Below the pieces are notes generated by a model. The model was not told where the DNA came from and made no database searches. It saw only the letters and a program-made list of their open reading frames with translations. Below are positions 1-10,613 of a stretch of DNA of 64,000 nucleotides, in pieces. Where the stretch lies: positions 9,436-73,435 of the forward strand of contig JBFMCE010000002.1 of assembly GCA_040754655.1 (NCBI GenBank), written 5' to 3'. Source of the DNA: Bdellovibrionota bacterium. Its GTDB lineage: Bacteria > Bdellovibrionota > UBA1018 > UBA923. A program made the position numbers and the translations under genes. Within the stretch, counting starts at the first letter, position 1; each line of letters begins with the position of its first letter.

Positions 1-960
1 AACCTTGTTGTCAATCTCGTACTGAGGCGCATTTTCATGCACCACTTCTTCTATGGCACGGCGCTGCTCTTCAGTTTGGGCCTCACCGCGAATAAGCAGA
101 TGATTTCCTTCAACCATGATCTTGAGGTCTTGCTGCCCGGTTCTCGCATCTTGAGTCAGGGCGTCTTTCACCTTGCCGACTACATAAGTCGTGGGTTGTT
201 TGCGAGAAGCATGTTGCTCCGTATTTATGCGCGCAGGTTGAGGCTCGGGCGCCGCTTTGACCTGAGTATCTTTGGATGAGATGCTCGTAGGACCAAAACT
301 TGTGGAAGAGCTGAAGGTCGAGTCGCCAAAGATCGTCTTGAACAGTTCAAAAATAATCTTATTTGGCACCCAGATGTCGTTCGACTGCGCATAAAACAAA
401 AGCGCAAGCAAACGGCGGGGCGCCCTTCTGGCTCGTTTCAAGAGATAATCCCAATCCAGTGTCGCGTGAGAGAGAATGGCCAAAGCGTCGTGCCAATGGT
501 GAGGGCCAATTTCATCATGCACGGCGCATTTGATGATGATCAAATCTTCAGGGCTCACGGTGCGCACTTCACGTCCGTGATACTCAACCGGACGCGCCCG
601 TTGATGCATCTCCGTATCGAAGTAAATGTCTCCGCGCGATCTGAAGATGATATCGACCAAGATTTCTTCCCGAAACCCTTTGAAGAGCCAGTTGAAATCT
701 GTTTTTTCGGTGCGAAAACCCTTCTTTTCCAGCGCCTCTAACGCTGCACCGGCATCTTCGGGCCTCACAAAAATATCAATATCATGAGTTGAACGAGGAC
801 GACCAAGTCCGCTAGAAGCGACCCCACCAATAAGAGCGTAACCGATTTTCCTTTCCTCAAGGGAGTCGAGCGCGGCAAAGAGCGTTCGATTGAATCTCTC
901 CCCGACTTCAGTGTTGCGTGCGCTTTGCAATAAAGACGGATCGGCCTTGGCTGTCTGCAT
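1..960 (-). CDS. Nucleotidyltransferase-family protein with probable C-terminal BON domain (partial, runs off left edge)
   Basis: Not in the ORF track because there is no stop in the window. Manual translation from ATG 960 (RBS AAGGGGGG): MQTAKADPS...YALIGGVASSGLGRPRSTHDIDIFVRPED (GG.A...R.T.DID motif)...SPEDLIIIK...; C-terminal YVVGKVKDALTQDARTGQQDLKIMVEGNHLLIRGEAQTEEQRRAIEEVV...IDNKV resembles BON. Confidence 0.75.
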   Translation of the reverse strand, partial: MQTAKADPSLLQSARNTEVGERFNRTLFAALDSLEERKIGYALIGGVASSGLGRPRSTHDIDIFVRPEDAGAALEALEKKGFRTEKTDFNWLFKGFREEILVDIIFRSRGDIYFDTEMHQRARPVEYHGREVRTVSPEDLIIIKCAVHDEIGPHHWHDALAILSHATLDWDYLLKRARRAPRRLLALLFYAQSNDIWVPNKIIFELFKTIFGDSTFSSSTSFGPTSISSKDTQVKAAPEPQPARINTEQHASRKQPTTYVVGKVKDALTQDARTGQQDLKIMVEGNHLLIRGEAQTEEQRRAIEEVVHENAPQYEIDNKV

Positions 961-996
961 GAAATCCCCCCTTTGAACGCCAGATCAAGGCCTTGA

Positions 997-1012
997 ATCA
1001 AGTTTCAGGCCA
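997..1012 (-). promoter_or_regulatory. Possible sigma54-like promoter (TGGC-N8-TTGA variant)
   Basis: Minus strand TGGCCTGAAACTTGAT; GA instead of GC at -12. Confidence 0.35.
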
Positions 1013-1062
1013 ACTCCCGTCAATACACAGAAATCCCACTGTTCGACTGCTTAGGTTAAACG

Positions 1063-1078
1063 CGGCCCATAATTTGCT
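1063..1078 (+). promoter_or_regulatory. sigma54-type -24/-12 promoter
   Basis: CGGCCCATAATTTGCT (GG-N10-GC) about 75 nt upstream of the KGG gene. Confidence 0.5.
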
Positions 1079-1152
1079 AAGGAATCAGCCTTTGAGGGTT
1101 AGTGGTGCCAGACCACTCGTAATGTCCCGTCAGTCCAATAAGGAGATAAACA

Positions 1153-1455
1153 ATGGCTAAGAAGAAAAGCTCGCGCTCAAAGAAGTCTTCACGTTCGCCT
1201 TTAGGATCGACTTTAAGCAAAGCTCGATCGAAAAAGAAAAGCCCACGCAGTCGTGAACACTTTTCTGAAATGGGGAAAAAAGGCGGCCGAACATCGCTCG
1301 GCGGTTCACGCCGTTCGGCAGCCAAGCCGTCGTCTTCGTCTTCATCTGCGCGTTCACGCAGCCGCACGCGTAAAATGGAGCCCACTCGTGAACTGCTTGC
1401 CGACATCAGCAAAATCGGCAAATCGATTCGCAAAAGAGTAAAACAAGCACTTTGA
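1153..1455 (+). CDS. Small, highly basic Ser/Arg/Lys-rich protein with KGG stress motif (YciG/GsiB-like)
   Basis: RBS AAGGAG; SREHFSEMGKKGG motif; very rich in S/R/K. Confidence 0.75.
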   Translation: MAKKKSSRSKKSSRSPLGSTLSKARSKKKSPRSREHFSEMGKKGGRTSLGGSRRSAAKPSSSSSSARSRSRTRKMEPTRELLADISKIGKSIRKRVKQAL

Positions 1456-1535
1456 GAGTTTTTCGGGCGCCCCGGCAGCATTTGATTTTGCTCGGTGGCG
1501 CCCAGTGCAAATTGCCTGATGGAGGCGTTTGAAGC

Positions 1536-1931
1536 GTGGCACAACAGAAGATGCTTTTGGTCGAAGATGAAGACGACTTGCGCACTCTTCTTGAAGAATA
1601 CTTGAAAGACAATGGTTTGGATGTGATCTCATTCGGTTCGGCAGACAAAGCTCTGCCTTATTGGCGGCGGCATGCCGATGAAATTGATCTCATTCTTACT
1701 GACATGCGCATGCCCGGGAACATTGACGGAATTGGACTCGCCCAAGAAGTGCGGTCGCGCACGGGCCACCAACCAGCCATCGTCATGATCTCAGGATTTG
1801 AACCGCCTCCAGAAAGATTGTTGCAACAACTCTCGATTACCGAGTTTATTTCAAAACCCTTCCGAATCTCAGAGCTTTCCAAGCTCTGCCAGAAAAAGAT
1901 CGATCAACAGAGCGCCGAAGGCTCGGCTTAA
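1536..1931 (+). CDS. Single-domain response regulator (REC)
   Basis: LLVEDE, LILTDMRMPG, ISG, FISKPF motifs. Confidence 0.92.
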   Translation: MAQQKMLLVEDEDDLRTLLEEYLKDNGLDVISFGSADKALPYWRRHADEIDLILTDMRMPGNIDGIGLAQEVRSRTGHQPAIVMISGFEPPPERLLQQLSITEFISKPFRISELSKLCQKKIDQQSAEGSA

Positions 1932-1938
1932 GCTGAAA

Positions 1939-2484
1939 TCACAGGAAGATCGGTTTGAAGTGCCGAGGCAGGTGGAAGTCTGGTTTTTCTTGCGCAGGCA
2001 GGAACAAACTCCAGTAAGACCGGGGCTTGCCCAGAATCGCGAAGGCGTTTCCTTGAAGATCCTCTTTGGCCCCTGTCCATCCCAACTTCTTTAGTGGAAT
2101 GCCGAATTCCGCTTCCCAAGCCGTCTCACTCAAGACCTTTGAAGAATGGGTGAATCCCGAAGAAAAGTCTTTATTGAACTTCTTGCGCGGTTTGAAGATC
2201 TCAAGCTCAAAATACTGGCCCAAAGGGCTGATCTGGAACTCGTAGTACGTAGGCTGAGGAGAGGCGCGTAAAAACACCTCGACTACATCCCATTCCCAAA
2301 GCCCCCAGGCTGATGCACCCATTGGCAACTTTGAATTCGTAAAAGATGGGACGCCGTCCACCTTGAACTTTGCCTTTAAAAGCGCCGCCCTTGAATCGAG
2401 GTCAAATTCAACTTTGACTTGAGTTTTTTCAAGCCCTGAACTCCCCGACTCAGAGTGTACAATCTTGAGACTCTGGATCGCCAT
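1939..2484 (-). CDS. DOMON/CBM9-like domain protein
   Basis: LWEWDVVEVFL, YYEFQISPLG and C-terminal PDFH motifs. Confidence 0.6.
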   Translation of the reverse strand: MAIQSLKIVHSESGSSGLEKTQVKVEFDLDSRAALLKAKFKVDGVPSFTNSKLPMGASAWGLWEWDVVEVFLRASPQPTYYEFQISPLGQYFELEIFKPRKKFNKDFSSGFTHSSKVLSETAWEAEFGIPLKKLGWTGAKEDLQGNAFAILGKPRSYWSLFLPAQEKPDFHLPRHFKPIFL

Positions 2485-3460
2485 CGTCTAAAACCTGCAC
2501 CTGAGGGACATTGCTCAATTTTGCTACGCCTTCACGCTCGAGCACCCCATCTCGATAACGGTCCATATCGCCCTGATACTGCTCACAGTTCCTATTCGCG
2601 CCCACTTTATTGCATGAGAGCCTAAACTTATAGACCTCGCCTGGCGCCGTCACGACCTCAAAACGCAACTCTCCCCCATTGGATTCATAACTGGTATTGT
2701 AAATGGTTCCCGTTTCTGGCGTGTGGCTGATCCCTTTGAGGGGCCAATCGATCAAATGGATGTCAAAGCGGCCGTCAGGATAAATGTTCAAGACCACTTT
2801 TTCAGGCTTGCCATCCATGTACTCGGTGTTTTCTTTGACCGCCCTCACGAAATCCGTCGATTCATCGCTGTTTTTAAGATTCTCTTGCTGTTTCTTAGAC
2901 CAATTTCCATAGATCAGTTCACGTTCCTTGAGGAGTTGTTGGGCTTCGTCCGGGGCCTTCTTCAGCGTCTCTTGATACTCCGCAAGTTCAGTCTCTAGCT
3001 GCGTGGCCACTTCCCGTTCTTTTTCGTCTCGCGCCTCTGTCAAAGGCAGCTCACCCAGGCTTTTCATCACGGCCGCAAAGTTCTCAGCTGCAGACGCAAG
3101 ATCCGCATCAACGGGTTCAAGAAGTTGCTTGAGCTTCTCGTCAATCTTTCCAAGCTTTCGGTCATAACAGCCTAGCAGCGCCGATATTCTTCCAGCTCGC
3201 GCATCGGCTTGATCGATGTCTTTCGCTTTTCTTCGAACGGTAGCGATCTGATTGGGATGGGGTTTTTCTTTCCACAAAAAGAACGAGTTCTTCGTAAACA
3301 TCGCCTCGGTTCCGCCAGGCAGGCTTTCAAGCCTTGCAGGCTCGATGTTTTCTTTCGGCGCCTTGCGATTTTCGGCACGAAAACACCCGCTGCCCGCAAG
3401 AATCACCGCGAACAGCACAAGTACAAGTGGAGTATTTTTCGACACGCCCTTTTTTTTCAT
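2450..3460 (-). CDS. Putative lipoprotein with central coiled coil
   Basis: MKKK, hydrophobic stretch and LAGSG-C lipobox; start moved to ATG 3460. Confidence 0.6.
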   Translation of the reverse strand: MKKKGVSKNTPLVLVLFAVILAGSGCFRAENRKAPKENIEPARLESLPGGTEAMFTKNSFFLWKEKPHPNQIATVRRKAKDIDQADARAGRISALLGCYDRKLGKIDEKLKQLLEPVDADLASAAENFAAVMKSLGELPLTEARDEKEREVATQLETELAEYQETLKKAPDEAQQLLKERELIYGNWSKKQQENLKNSDESTDFVRAVKENTEYMDGKPEKVVLNIYPDGRFDIHLIDWPLKGISHTPETGTIYNTSYESNGGELRFEVVTAPGEVYKFRLSCNKVGANRNCEQYQGDMDRYRDGVLEREGVAKLSNVPQVQVLDDGDPESQDCTL

Positions 3461-3483
3461 GTCTTGCCTCACCATTAAAGAAA

Positions 3484-4752
3484 TCAGAAAAACAACACGA
3501 CTTCCACCGCGACAAAATCATTCTTCACAACGTTATATCCCGCAAAGGGTTTGCAATAAGCCAGATTGAGTTGAAACGGAACCGGCGTCTCTTTGGCTCG
3601 GTACATCTCGACCGTCGAAAAACCCAGGCCGAAGGTCGCGCTGTGCAGCATCTGGCGCGTATCTCGCGAAAGCAAGCTGTAGCGGTGAGGTTGAAACTTG
3701 CTTCCTCTATAAGAGGCCGGAGTCATGTATTGAAAACCGTAGGCCGCGCCAAAGTTCAATCCAAACGGAAGCTCATAGGTCAACGCAGCGCCTGAACTCA
3801 CGCTATCACCCAGATCGCGGTCTACTCTTTCGACATCTCGAGAAAGAAGCTCAGTCTCAGACTCTGGGATGCGCCGGTCGATTTCATCTGGAAGCTGGGC
3901 CGTATAGCCCGCGTAAAGGTTTGCCCTAAAACGGTGAGGTTCATCGAGGAAACGGTCGTAAATCACCATCGCGCCGATGTCAGCTTGGCCGTCGCCCGTC
4001 GGAACATCAAGGGCTTTGTTCGCATTCGGCGGAGTTCCTGTAGGAAGAGTGAGTTCACTCTTGAAAGTGACGGCATCGTCCCTATTTTCAACTACGCGGT
4101 ATTTGCCCACGACTTTCACATCGCCGATGTTTGAAATGCGCTCAGACTTGATGGGCTCGTAACCCAGTCGTTTGAGCTTCGTATTCACGGCATCGTTGAG
4201 TTTCTGGGCCGCTCGATTGCATTCAGCCGGGTCGGTTTCGCAAATGCTTTTCACAAAAGCCTCGCCCTGGGCGCTTTTGATGAGACCTGTATCCGCATTC
4301 ACCTGCACATCAACCACGGGCACCGCCACCGCCATCGTGAGTTTTTCGGTAACCCCCATCGCAAAGACCGGAACCTTTACATTGGCGTAAGTGTTCACCA
4401 CGCCGGTAGATGCTCCGGCCGCCTCGTCATTGCCAAAATTGAGGTCTCGAAGAACGCCTTCCACTTTCGCTTTCTTGAAGTCGTTCTCTTGGCCGTCGAT
4501 CACGTCTTGCCAGGTGATCGTTTTATTGAGTTTGCCGCCAAGCGGTTCGATGCCGCCTGTGTCGCCATATTTTTCATCCATGAACAAGATCAGGTCTTTG
4601 AACCGGGGATTGCGCACCCCTTTGGGAAGCACCGCCGTGGTTTCAAAGTCAAAAGGGGCTCTGAGATCCGCTGCGGATGCAGAATCAAGAGAGGTGCCTG
4701 GCAGCGCCAAGCTTCCGATCGCTAGAATAAAGGTCATCACTACGACTTGCAT
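3484..4752 (-). CDS. Putative outer-membrane beta-barrel/transporter-like protein
   Basis: Signal peptide, alternating beta strands in the C-terminal half, terminal Phe (VEVVLFF). Confidence 0.55.
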   Translation of the reverse strand: MQVVVMTFILAIGSLALPGTSLDSASAADLRAPFDFETTAVLPKGVRNPRFKDLILFMDEKYGDTGGIEPLGGKLNKTITWQDVIDGQENDFKKAKVEGVLRDLNFGNDEAAGASTGVVNTYANVKVPVFAMGVTEKLTMAVAVPVVDVQVNADTGLIKSAQGEAFVKSICETDPAECNRAAQKLNDAVNTKLKRLGYEPIKSERISNIGDVKVVGKYRVVENRDDAVTFKSELTLPTGTPPNANKALDVPTGDGQADIGAMVIYDRFLDEPHRFRANLYAGYTAQLPDEIDRRIPESETELLSRDVERVDRDLGDSVSSGAALTYELPFGLNFGAAYGFQYMTPASYRGSKFQPHRYSLLSRDTRQMLHSATFGLGFSTVEMYRAKETPVPFQLNLAYCKPFAGYNVVKNDFVAVEVVLFF

Positions 4753-4793
4753 GGTACGACTCCGGACGGTATCGGGCGGTTACTGTTACGGGT

Positions 4794-5639
4794 CTAATTG
4801 CCCAGGCTTTTCCGAAAAATCTTGGCGTCGCGAATGTCCATTCGCGTTTCGGGCACACGTTCCGGATTGTACGCCGCAGGATTGCCCTCAAAACGGATCA
4901 GTTCATCAAGCACTTGTTTTGCTTTCTCTTTCTGACCTCGATCCACGAGAACTGTTGAGTAGTAAATGACGTTAAGGGAATTGGGATATTGTTTCTTCTT
5001 TGGATCAGCATTGCAATTCTCGTAGGCCTTTCCAAGCAGATCAAGGGCAGCGGCCTTATTGCCATCGTGGGTGATCGGAAGTTTGAAATACATCCAACCC
5101 AATGTTCTTGCGGGCCCCCAACAATCGATCTCGCGGCCTACGACCGTCTTGCCATCGATGATCGCTTTCTTTCGCATCGCCGTTTCTGCCGCGCGTTTCA
5201 AATCCGTGCGTTCCTCGAGAACGTTGTCTACACCCGCCGCCAGACCATAACGACCGTGGTTGATCGCCAGGTAATAATGCCCTTCAGCGCGGTTGGGCTC
5301 GACCTTCAAGGCTTCTTTTGCGGCGTTCATGCCACGTTCGTGCACAGCCATCTTGGGCCTGTTTGGAGTTTCCGCCTCAGGAACAAGCATGCCTTCGTAA
5401 TACAGGCAGCGTGATTCAAGGATGAAAGCCTCAAACTGCACTTCTTTATCGCCGGCGTCTACCGCGGCATTGGCAGCACGCCTTGCCGTCGACACGCAGT
5501 TCCTGGTGGTCTCAACACCTCTTTCCCGGTCTAGAAACAACTGCCAGGCCTGTTCATATAATTTTTTTTGCGGAGTATTGGCGAGAACGGTTGGCACAGT
5601 CACTAGAAATGTAACTATCGAAAATAGTACACGATTCAT
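4794..5639 (-). CDS. Secreted TPR protein (TatT-like)
   Basis: ATG 5639 with RBS AAGGGGGAG; signal peptide; EGHYYLAINHGRYG and RTLGWMYFKLP TPR-type motifs. Confidence 0.6.
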   Translation of the reverse strand: MNRVLFSIVTFLVTVPTVLANTPQKKLYEQAWQLFLDRERGVETTRNCVSTARRAANAAVDAGDKEVQFEAFILESRCLYYEGMLVPEAETPNRPKMAVHERGMNAAKEALKVEPNRAEGHYYLAINHGRYGLAAGVDNVLEERTDLKRAAETAMRKKAIIDGKTVVGREIDCWGPARTLGWMYFKLPITHDGNKAAALDLLGKAYENCNADPKKKQYPNSLNVIYYSTVLVDRGQKEKAKQVLDELIRFEGNPAAYNPERVPETRMDIRDAKIFRKSLGN

Positions 5640-5780
5640 TGCTCCCCCTTGCTTATTAAAGCCCCTTGCCTGCAAAGCTGCGGCTCTTTTATGTGGAGCG
5701 TTAGAAGGTGGCAATACGCACCGCGTCATGGCTTTTACAATGACGTCTTTTTAAAGACCGTTCACTTAAATAAATTAAAT

Positions 5781-6749
5781 CTATTTAGCCAGGCTTCCGA
5801 GCTTTCGCGCAAGCGCGACGAAAGTCTGCGCTTCCGTCTTGAGCTCGCCTTGCAAAGAGGGCAACGTCTTCTCAAGCTCTCGCACGGTCGCGACATAGTC
5901 TTTCTGAAAGGCAAAAAGTTTTCCAAGATTGTGCCTTGCCATCGGCGCCGCAGGATCTAGCCTCAGGCAATCCTTGCAGAGATCGACGCACCGCTCGATA
6001 TACAGCCGAACCATCTCCACTAAACGATCTGGGTTTAGCGGAGAAATGGAATGCGCCTTCTTGAAACATTCCTCTGCCTTGTCCAAATCGTGTCGCGCCA
6101 GATAAAGACTGCCAAGCGCCCAAATCGCCCGCGTGTAGTCTGGCTTGAGGCTGACAGCCTTTTTCAACAAGGTTTCCGCGACGGGATAATCAGGTTTCGT
6201 AAGATAGTATTGGCCCACTTTAAAAAGTGCGATGGGGTTGGTGGGAGCGCTCGCGATTGCGCTCTTGAAATTTTCTTCGGCCTCCCTGAACTTTTTCTCG
6301 CGAACCGCCAAATGAGCTTCCCTGAGCAAGAGCCTCCAAGGTTCCTTTGGCATCGCCCTCCAGGCCTTATACTTTTCGAGCTGGGCCTTGATATCAGCTG
6401 CCGCGAAAGGCTTCACCAAGATCGAATGGGCCTCGATCTCTTCGGCCAGAGCCAAAAGGATTGGGCTTCGCTCTTCAAGGGCCAGGATGACATACAAATC
6501 ATCGTCAGCGGTACCTCCCAACGACTGAACCAGCCGGTACGCCGAGCCATCGCCTAAATCAATTTCACTGATGATCAACTGGATGGGGTTCTCTTTGTAA
6601 GCCCGCAGCGCCGATCCCATGGTGGGAGCATAGAAAGTCTTGTAATCCCCCAACGTGCGCACGTACTGGTCCATCGTGTCTTTCAGAAGGATCTTCGTGC
6701 CTACGTTGAGCAAGTTGATGCGGCCTTCGGCCTCGAGTTGATCTGGCAT
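5781..6749 (-). CDS. Atypical receiver domain + TPR repeat protein
   Basis: REC fold (LIISEIDL...LVKPF) followed by TPRs; probable start ATG 6749. Confidence 0.75.
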   Translation of the reverse strand: MPDQLEAEGRINLLNVGTKILLKDTMDQYVRTLGDYKTFYAPTMGSALRAYKENPIQLIISEIDLGDGSAYRLVQSLGGTADDDLYVILALEERSPILLALAEEIEAHSILVKPFAAADIKAQLEKYKAWRAMPKEPWRLLLREAHLAVREKKFREAEENFKSAIASAPTNPIALFKVGQYYLTKPDYPVAETLLKKAVSLKPDYTRAIWALGSLYLARHDLDKAEECFKKAHSISPLNPDRLVEMVRLYIERCVDLCKDCLRLDPAAPMARHNLGKLFAFQKDYVATVRELEKTLPSLQGELKTEAQTFVALARKLGSLAK

Positions 6750-6949
6750 GTAGATTTTATTTTGAATCAACCCCTGAAAAACGGAAGAAATAAAATGCCC
6801 GAGCGAGGCCAATTCCGAGAATTTTGAGGTAGGAAAAAATATCCACTTTTTTGTAGCATTGCAGCATGGCTGCTTATAATATACCGAAATTGTCAACGTA
6901 CATACTAAAGTGATTTAGCCGGCCTCAAACAAAAGTCTAAGGAGACTCC

Positions 6950-9118
6950 ATGGCTCAAACGCAAAAAGAACACAAATCCTATGTAGCCGACTCGGCTAAT
7001 ATGCGTGAACTGACTCCGATCGCTCTCGTCATGGGATCGATCCTGGGGATCATTTTTGGCGCCTCATCGCTTTACCTTGCCCTGAAAGTCGGAATGACGG
7101 TCAGCGCATCCATTCCGGTAGCGGTTCTTTCAATAACTCTGTTTCGCGCCTTTTCGAAAGTTTTTCATGTCAGACGCGCGACGATCCTTGAGAACAATAT
7201 CGTCCAGACCACTGGGAGCGCCGGTGAATCGATTGCGTTTGGCGTTGCCGTGACCATGCCGGCCCTTTTGATCTTGGGTTATGACATGGAAGTCGGGCGC
7301 ACGATGCTGATCGCGGTTTTAGGCGGAATCTTGGGTATCTTGATGATGATTCCGTTGCGTTACGCATTGATCGTCAAAGAACATGGCAAACTCGCGTATC
7401 CTGAAGGCACGGCTTGCGCAGAGGTTTTGATCGTAGGTGAAGAAGGCGGGACGAGCGCAAAGACCGTCTTCACGGGCTTTTTCATCGGGCTTCTCTATAA
7501 AGTGGCAAACGTCGGACTCAAGCTTTGGACGGACGTGGCTGAGAAGGCCATCTCTTGGTTCAAAGGCGCATCCGTGGCCGCCGAAGTGTCGCCTGAACTC
7601 TTGGGCGTAGGCTATATCATCGGCCCTCGCATCGCTTCGATCATGGTCGCAGGCGGAGTGCTCTCGAGCTGGGTCTTGATCCCAGCCATCAAGTTGTTCG
7701 GAGATGGATTGGCTCAGCCCTTGTTTCCGGCCACAAAGCTGATTTCCGAGATGGGACCGCACGAGGTCTGGAAAAACTACGTCCTCTACATCGGAGCGGG
7801 AGCCGTAGCCGCCGGCGGCATCATTAGCCTTATCCAAAGCCTTCCGACCATCGTTCAGTCGGCTGCCGCGGGTTTCGGAAGTTTGAAGAATACGGGCATC
7901 CGGGGCATCAGCAACAAACGCACTGAGCGGGATCTTCCGCTGAAGTTCGTTTTCATGGGCCTGGTGTTGCTGATCGTCGCGATCTGGCTCACCCCTTCAC
8001 TGAAGATGAACTTGCTCGGAGCATTGCTCATCATTGGTTTTGGTTTCTTATTTGTAACAGTGAGTTCTCGGTTGACAGGCACCATCGGTTCTTCGTCAAA
8101 CCCGATCTCGGGAATGACGGTAGCGACCCTGCTTCTGACAAGCTTGATTTTTCTGCTCTTGGGATGGGTTGGAGCGGACTATCGGGTGACAGCTCTCAGC
8201 GTCGCAGCGATCGTCTGTGTTGCTGCTTCGAACGGCGGCACGACCTCGCAAGATCTTAAGACTGGCTTCTTGGTCGGGGGCACTCCGAAGTCGCAGCAAA
8301 TCGCGATCTTGGTTGGCGCGTTCACCTCTGCACTGGTCATCGGTTACACTCTCAACGTGCTCAATGACGCTTCAACGATTTACTCGAAGAAAGACCTTCC
8401 AAGAAATCGAATCGATGTTTCCACTTTGACTCGAAAGGAAAAGATCAAAGGACCTGAAGCGATCGAAGATAGCAAGCTCTACCACGTCTTGCAATTGGGA
8501 GAGACTCAGAAGACTGGCCCTCTTGCCGGCATCGCAGCAGGCAAGTACCTGGTCGACGAATCAGGCCACATTCGATACGTGGTTGATCCAGGCATCAATG
8601 GAACGCTCAAGACCCGCGACAACGGGGCTTCCGTTCAAAAGTATGAAGCGCCTAAAGCGCGCCTGATGTCGATGATCATCGATGGCATCTTGACCCAACA
8701 ACTTCCCTGGGGACTGGTTCTCTTGGGTGTCGCGATTGCCGTCTTGATGGAACTCTGCGGCGTTTCAGCTTTGCCATTCGCCGTCGGAGTTTACTTGCCG
8801 ATGTCGAGCTCGATGCCGATCTTCATTGGCGGCGTGGTACGCTGGCTCTCTGATCGTAGGAACAAATCTTCGGCAGCCGAGTCTGAAAGCAGCCCCGGCG
8901 TTCTTGCATCCTCAGGCCTCATTGCTGGTGGAGCGATCGCAGGTATCGTGCTTGCTCTCATGTCTGTGAATGAGAACATTGGCTCCTTCCTAGACCTGAG
9001 CAAAGTATTTCCAGGAATCGCAGGAAGCATGACCACCGCAGTAGTAATGTTCGGGCTGCTGTGTGCATTCTTGTATCTCACGGCCGTCGGAAAATTCGGG
9101 AAAGCAAAGCGTAAATAA
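6950..9118 (+). CDS. OPT-family oligopeptide transporter
   Basis: [52 protein letters not shown] motifs; RBS AAGGAG. Confidence 0.95.
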   Translation: MAQTQKEHKSYVADSANMRELTPIALVMGSILGIIFGASSLYLALKVGMTVSASIPVAVLSITLFRAFSKVFHVRRATILENNIVQTTGSAGESIAFGVAVTMPALLILGYDMEVGRTMLIAVLGGILGILMMIPLRYALIVKEHGKLAYPEGTACAEVLIVGEEGGTSAKTVFTGFFIGLLYKVANVGLKLWTDVAEKAISWFKGASVAAEVSPELLGVGYIIGPRIASIMVAGGVLSSWVLIPAIKLFGDGLAQPLFPATKLISEMGPHEVWKNYVLYIGAGAVAAGGIISLIQSLPTIVQSAAAGFGSLKNTGIRGISNKRTERDLPLKFVFMGLVLLIVAIWLTPSLKMNLLGALLIIGFGFLFVTVSSRLTGTIGSSSNPISGMTVATLLLTSLIFLLLGWVGADYRVTALSVAAIVCVAASNGGTTSQDLKTGFLVGGTPKSQQIAILVGAFTSALVIGYTLNVLNDASTIYSKKDLPRNRIDVSTLTRKEKIKGPEAIEDSKLYHVLQLGETQKTGPLAGIAAGKYLVDESGHIRYVVDPGINGTLKTRDNGASVQKYEAPKARLMSMIIDGILTQQLPWGLVLLGVAIAVLMELCGVSALPFAVGVYLPMSSSMPIFIGGVVRWLSDRRNKSSAAESESSPGVLASSGLIAGGAIAGIVLALMSVNENIGSFLDLSKVFPGIAGSMTTAVVMFGLLCAFLYLTAVGKFGKAKRK

Positions 9119-9151
9119 GCCCGGCTTCTTAAAGAACGGACTTTAGACGGA

Positions 9152-9193
9152 AAAGCCCGGTATAACGTGGGTGATCACTTTATACCGGGCTTT
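9152..9193. terminator. Probable bidirectional intrinsic terminator between convergent genes
   Basis: 14-bp perfect stem AAAGCCCGGTATAA / TTATACCGGGCTTT. Confidence 0.75.
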
Positions 9194-9297
9194 CGTATTT
9201 TTCTGGCTTTGCTCAAAATAGGCGGGCAGCGACCGACGGAACCGCAGCACACAAAATACGCCGCCACGAGGACGCAGATTACCCAACAACACAGATG

Positions 9298-10503
9298 TTA
9301 AAACGCTTTGAATCGGATCGTGCCAGTGGCAAGCACCGCGCCCCGGAAAGATTCCCTCACTTGGCTCATGTCCATCCGTTTGGGATTCTTGATCACGTTG
9401 CTGTCGTATTCTGCCCTAGCTTGGGCACCCAAGAAAAACTTTAGGGCATCTGACCTGAATACTTCATAGTTTACGCTCCCACGAGCGCCCACGCTGTGCC
9501 CCATAAATCCTCGTGAACTGAGGCCAAGTGAGTCTGACGTATTCTCAATCACCGTGCCGTACCCGCTATAGTCGTAGCTCACAGGATCACAATAATAAGC
9601 ACCTTCGCTATACCTGTCGTAACAGGTGTGCCAGGCCACGTTTGAATAACTGACATTTCCTCTGAAACGATCGCTGTATTCGTTGTTTCTGCGCACTGCC
9701 TCTGAGCCTATGCGCAAGGTGTAATAAGCCACTGCTTCAATAACCAAGCGCTTGTCACCGCTACGGTACTTATACTCAATCGAAACCGGCAGACGAAAAC
9801 TGCGTTCCGCGATCTCGTAGCGAGTGTCAACCGTGCGCTCAAGCGTTCCGCCGCCAAAGTAGACCTCGCTGTTGTCAGCTCGCGTATTGTCTGCGCGAGA
9901 ATTGTGGGCATACTCGGGCTCACCATCAATTTTGGCATAATCAGGTTCGTAAAAAACCCCGGGTGGCACAAGCACCGCATCTGAACGCGTTTGAGAGCTC
10001 TCAAAAGAGCTTTCATAGGTGCGCTTGGTGTAGGGGTTGATCCCTATACGGGCAAGCAATTCTTGGTCTTTCGATTTGTGCATTTTAGCCACTACGCTCA
10101 CTTCGATAAGTGAAAGCTCTAAATAACGATCTGCTTCGACTCCCTTGCCGGGCAGCCCCACAATTCCCGGAAAGCCTGTAAGTTCAATTCCCCAAGTCTT
10201 GTTGAAGAAATACCGACCTTTCGCCGAGACTTCCCACTCTGCGATCGATGCTCGTTGGTCGCGTATACCAGCCATAAAGCCCATATCAATGCGCCCACTC
10301 AAACGATCTGGATCACCAATCATCAACACACCCTTAAGATCAACCACACCTCGAGTAGAACCCTCTGTGTAGCCAGAAGCGTGGTAAGTGCCGGTGCCCA
10401 CTTTGGTATCAAAGATAAGATCACTGTCTGCTTGAGAGAAGGGTGCCGTCAGCACAGCGCCACAAGTGACCATCAACATGCCAAGAAGCTGCTTTGTATT
10501 CAT
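9298..10503 (-). CDS. Secreted, probable outer-membrane beta-barrel protein with long loops
   Basis: Signal peptide ending SQA, Tyr/Gly-rich amphipathic strands, C-terminal ...IRFKAF. Confidence 0.55.
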   Translation of the reverse strand: MNTKQLLGMLMVTCGAVLTAPFSQADSDLIFDTKVGTGTYHASGYTEGSTRGVVDLKGVLMIGDPDRLSGRIDMGFMAGIRDQRASIAEWEVSAKGRYFFNKTWGIELTGFPGIVGLPGKGVEADRYLELSLIEVSVVAKMHKSKDQELLARIGINPYTKRTYESSFESSQTRSDAVLVPPGVFYEPDYAKIDGEPEYAHNSRADNTRADNSEVYFGGGTLERTVDTRYEIAERSFRLPVSIEYKYRSGDKRLVIEAVAYYTLRIGSEAVRRNNEYSDRFRGNVSYSNVAWHTCYDRYSEGAYYCDPVSYDYSGYGTVIENTSDSLGLSSRGFMGHSVGARGSVNYEVFRSDALKFFLGAQARAEYDSNVIKNPKRMDMSQVRESFRGAVLATGTIRFKAF

Positions 10504-10613
10504 GAAAACCCCCGGTCGCCTTATTAGAGGGGGTGTTCAGACCTGACAAGGAGCGGTGCGGCATTTGTTTTTTAAATCACTGTATTTAATGAGAGCAGTC
10601 TAGCTGTTCTCAC

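Noticed and set aside
37..1001. Short ORF-track calls at 37-279, 225-407, 466-741 and 765-1001
   Set aside because: All overlap the minus-strand NTase-BON frame (1-960) that the track missed.
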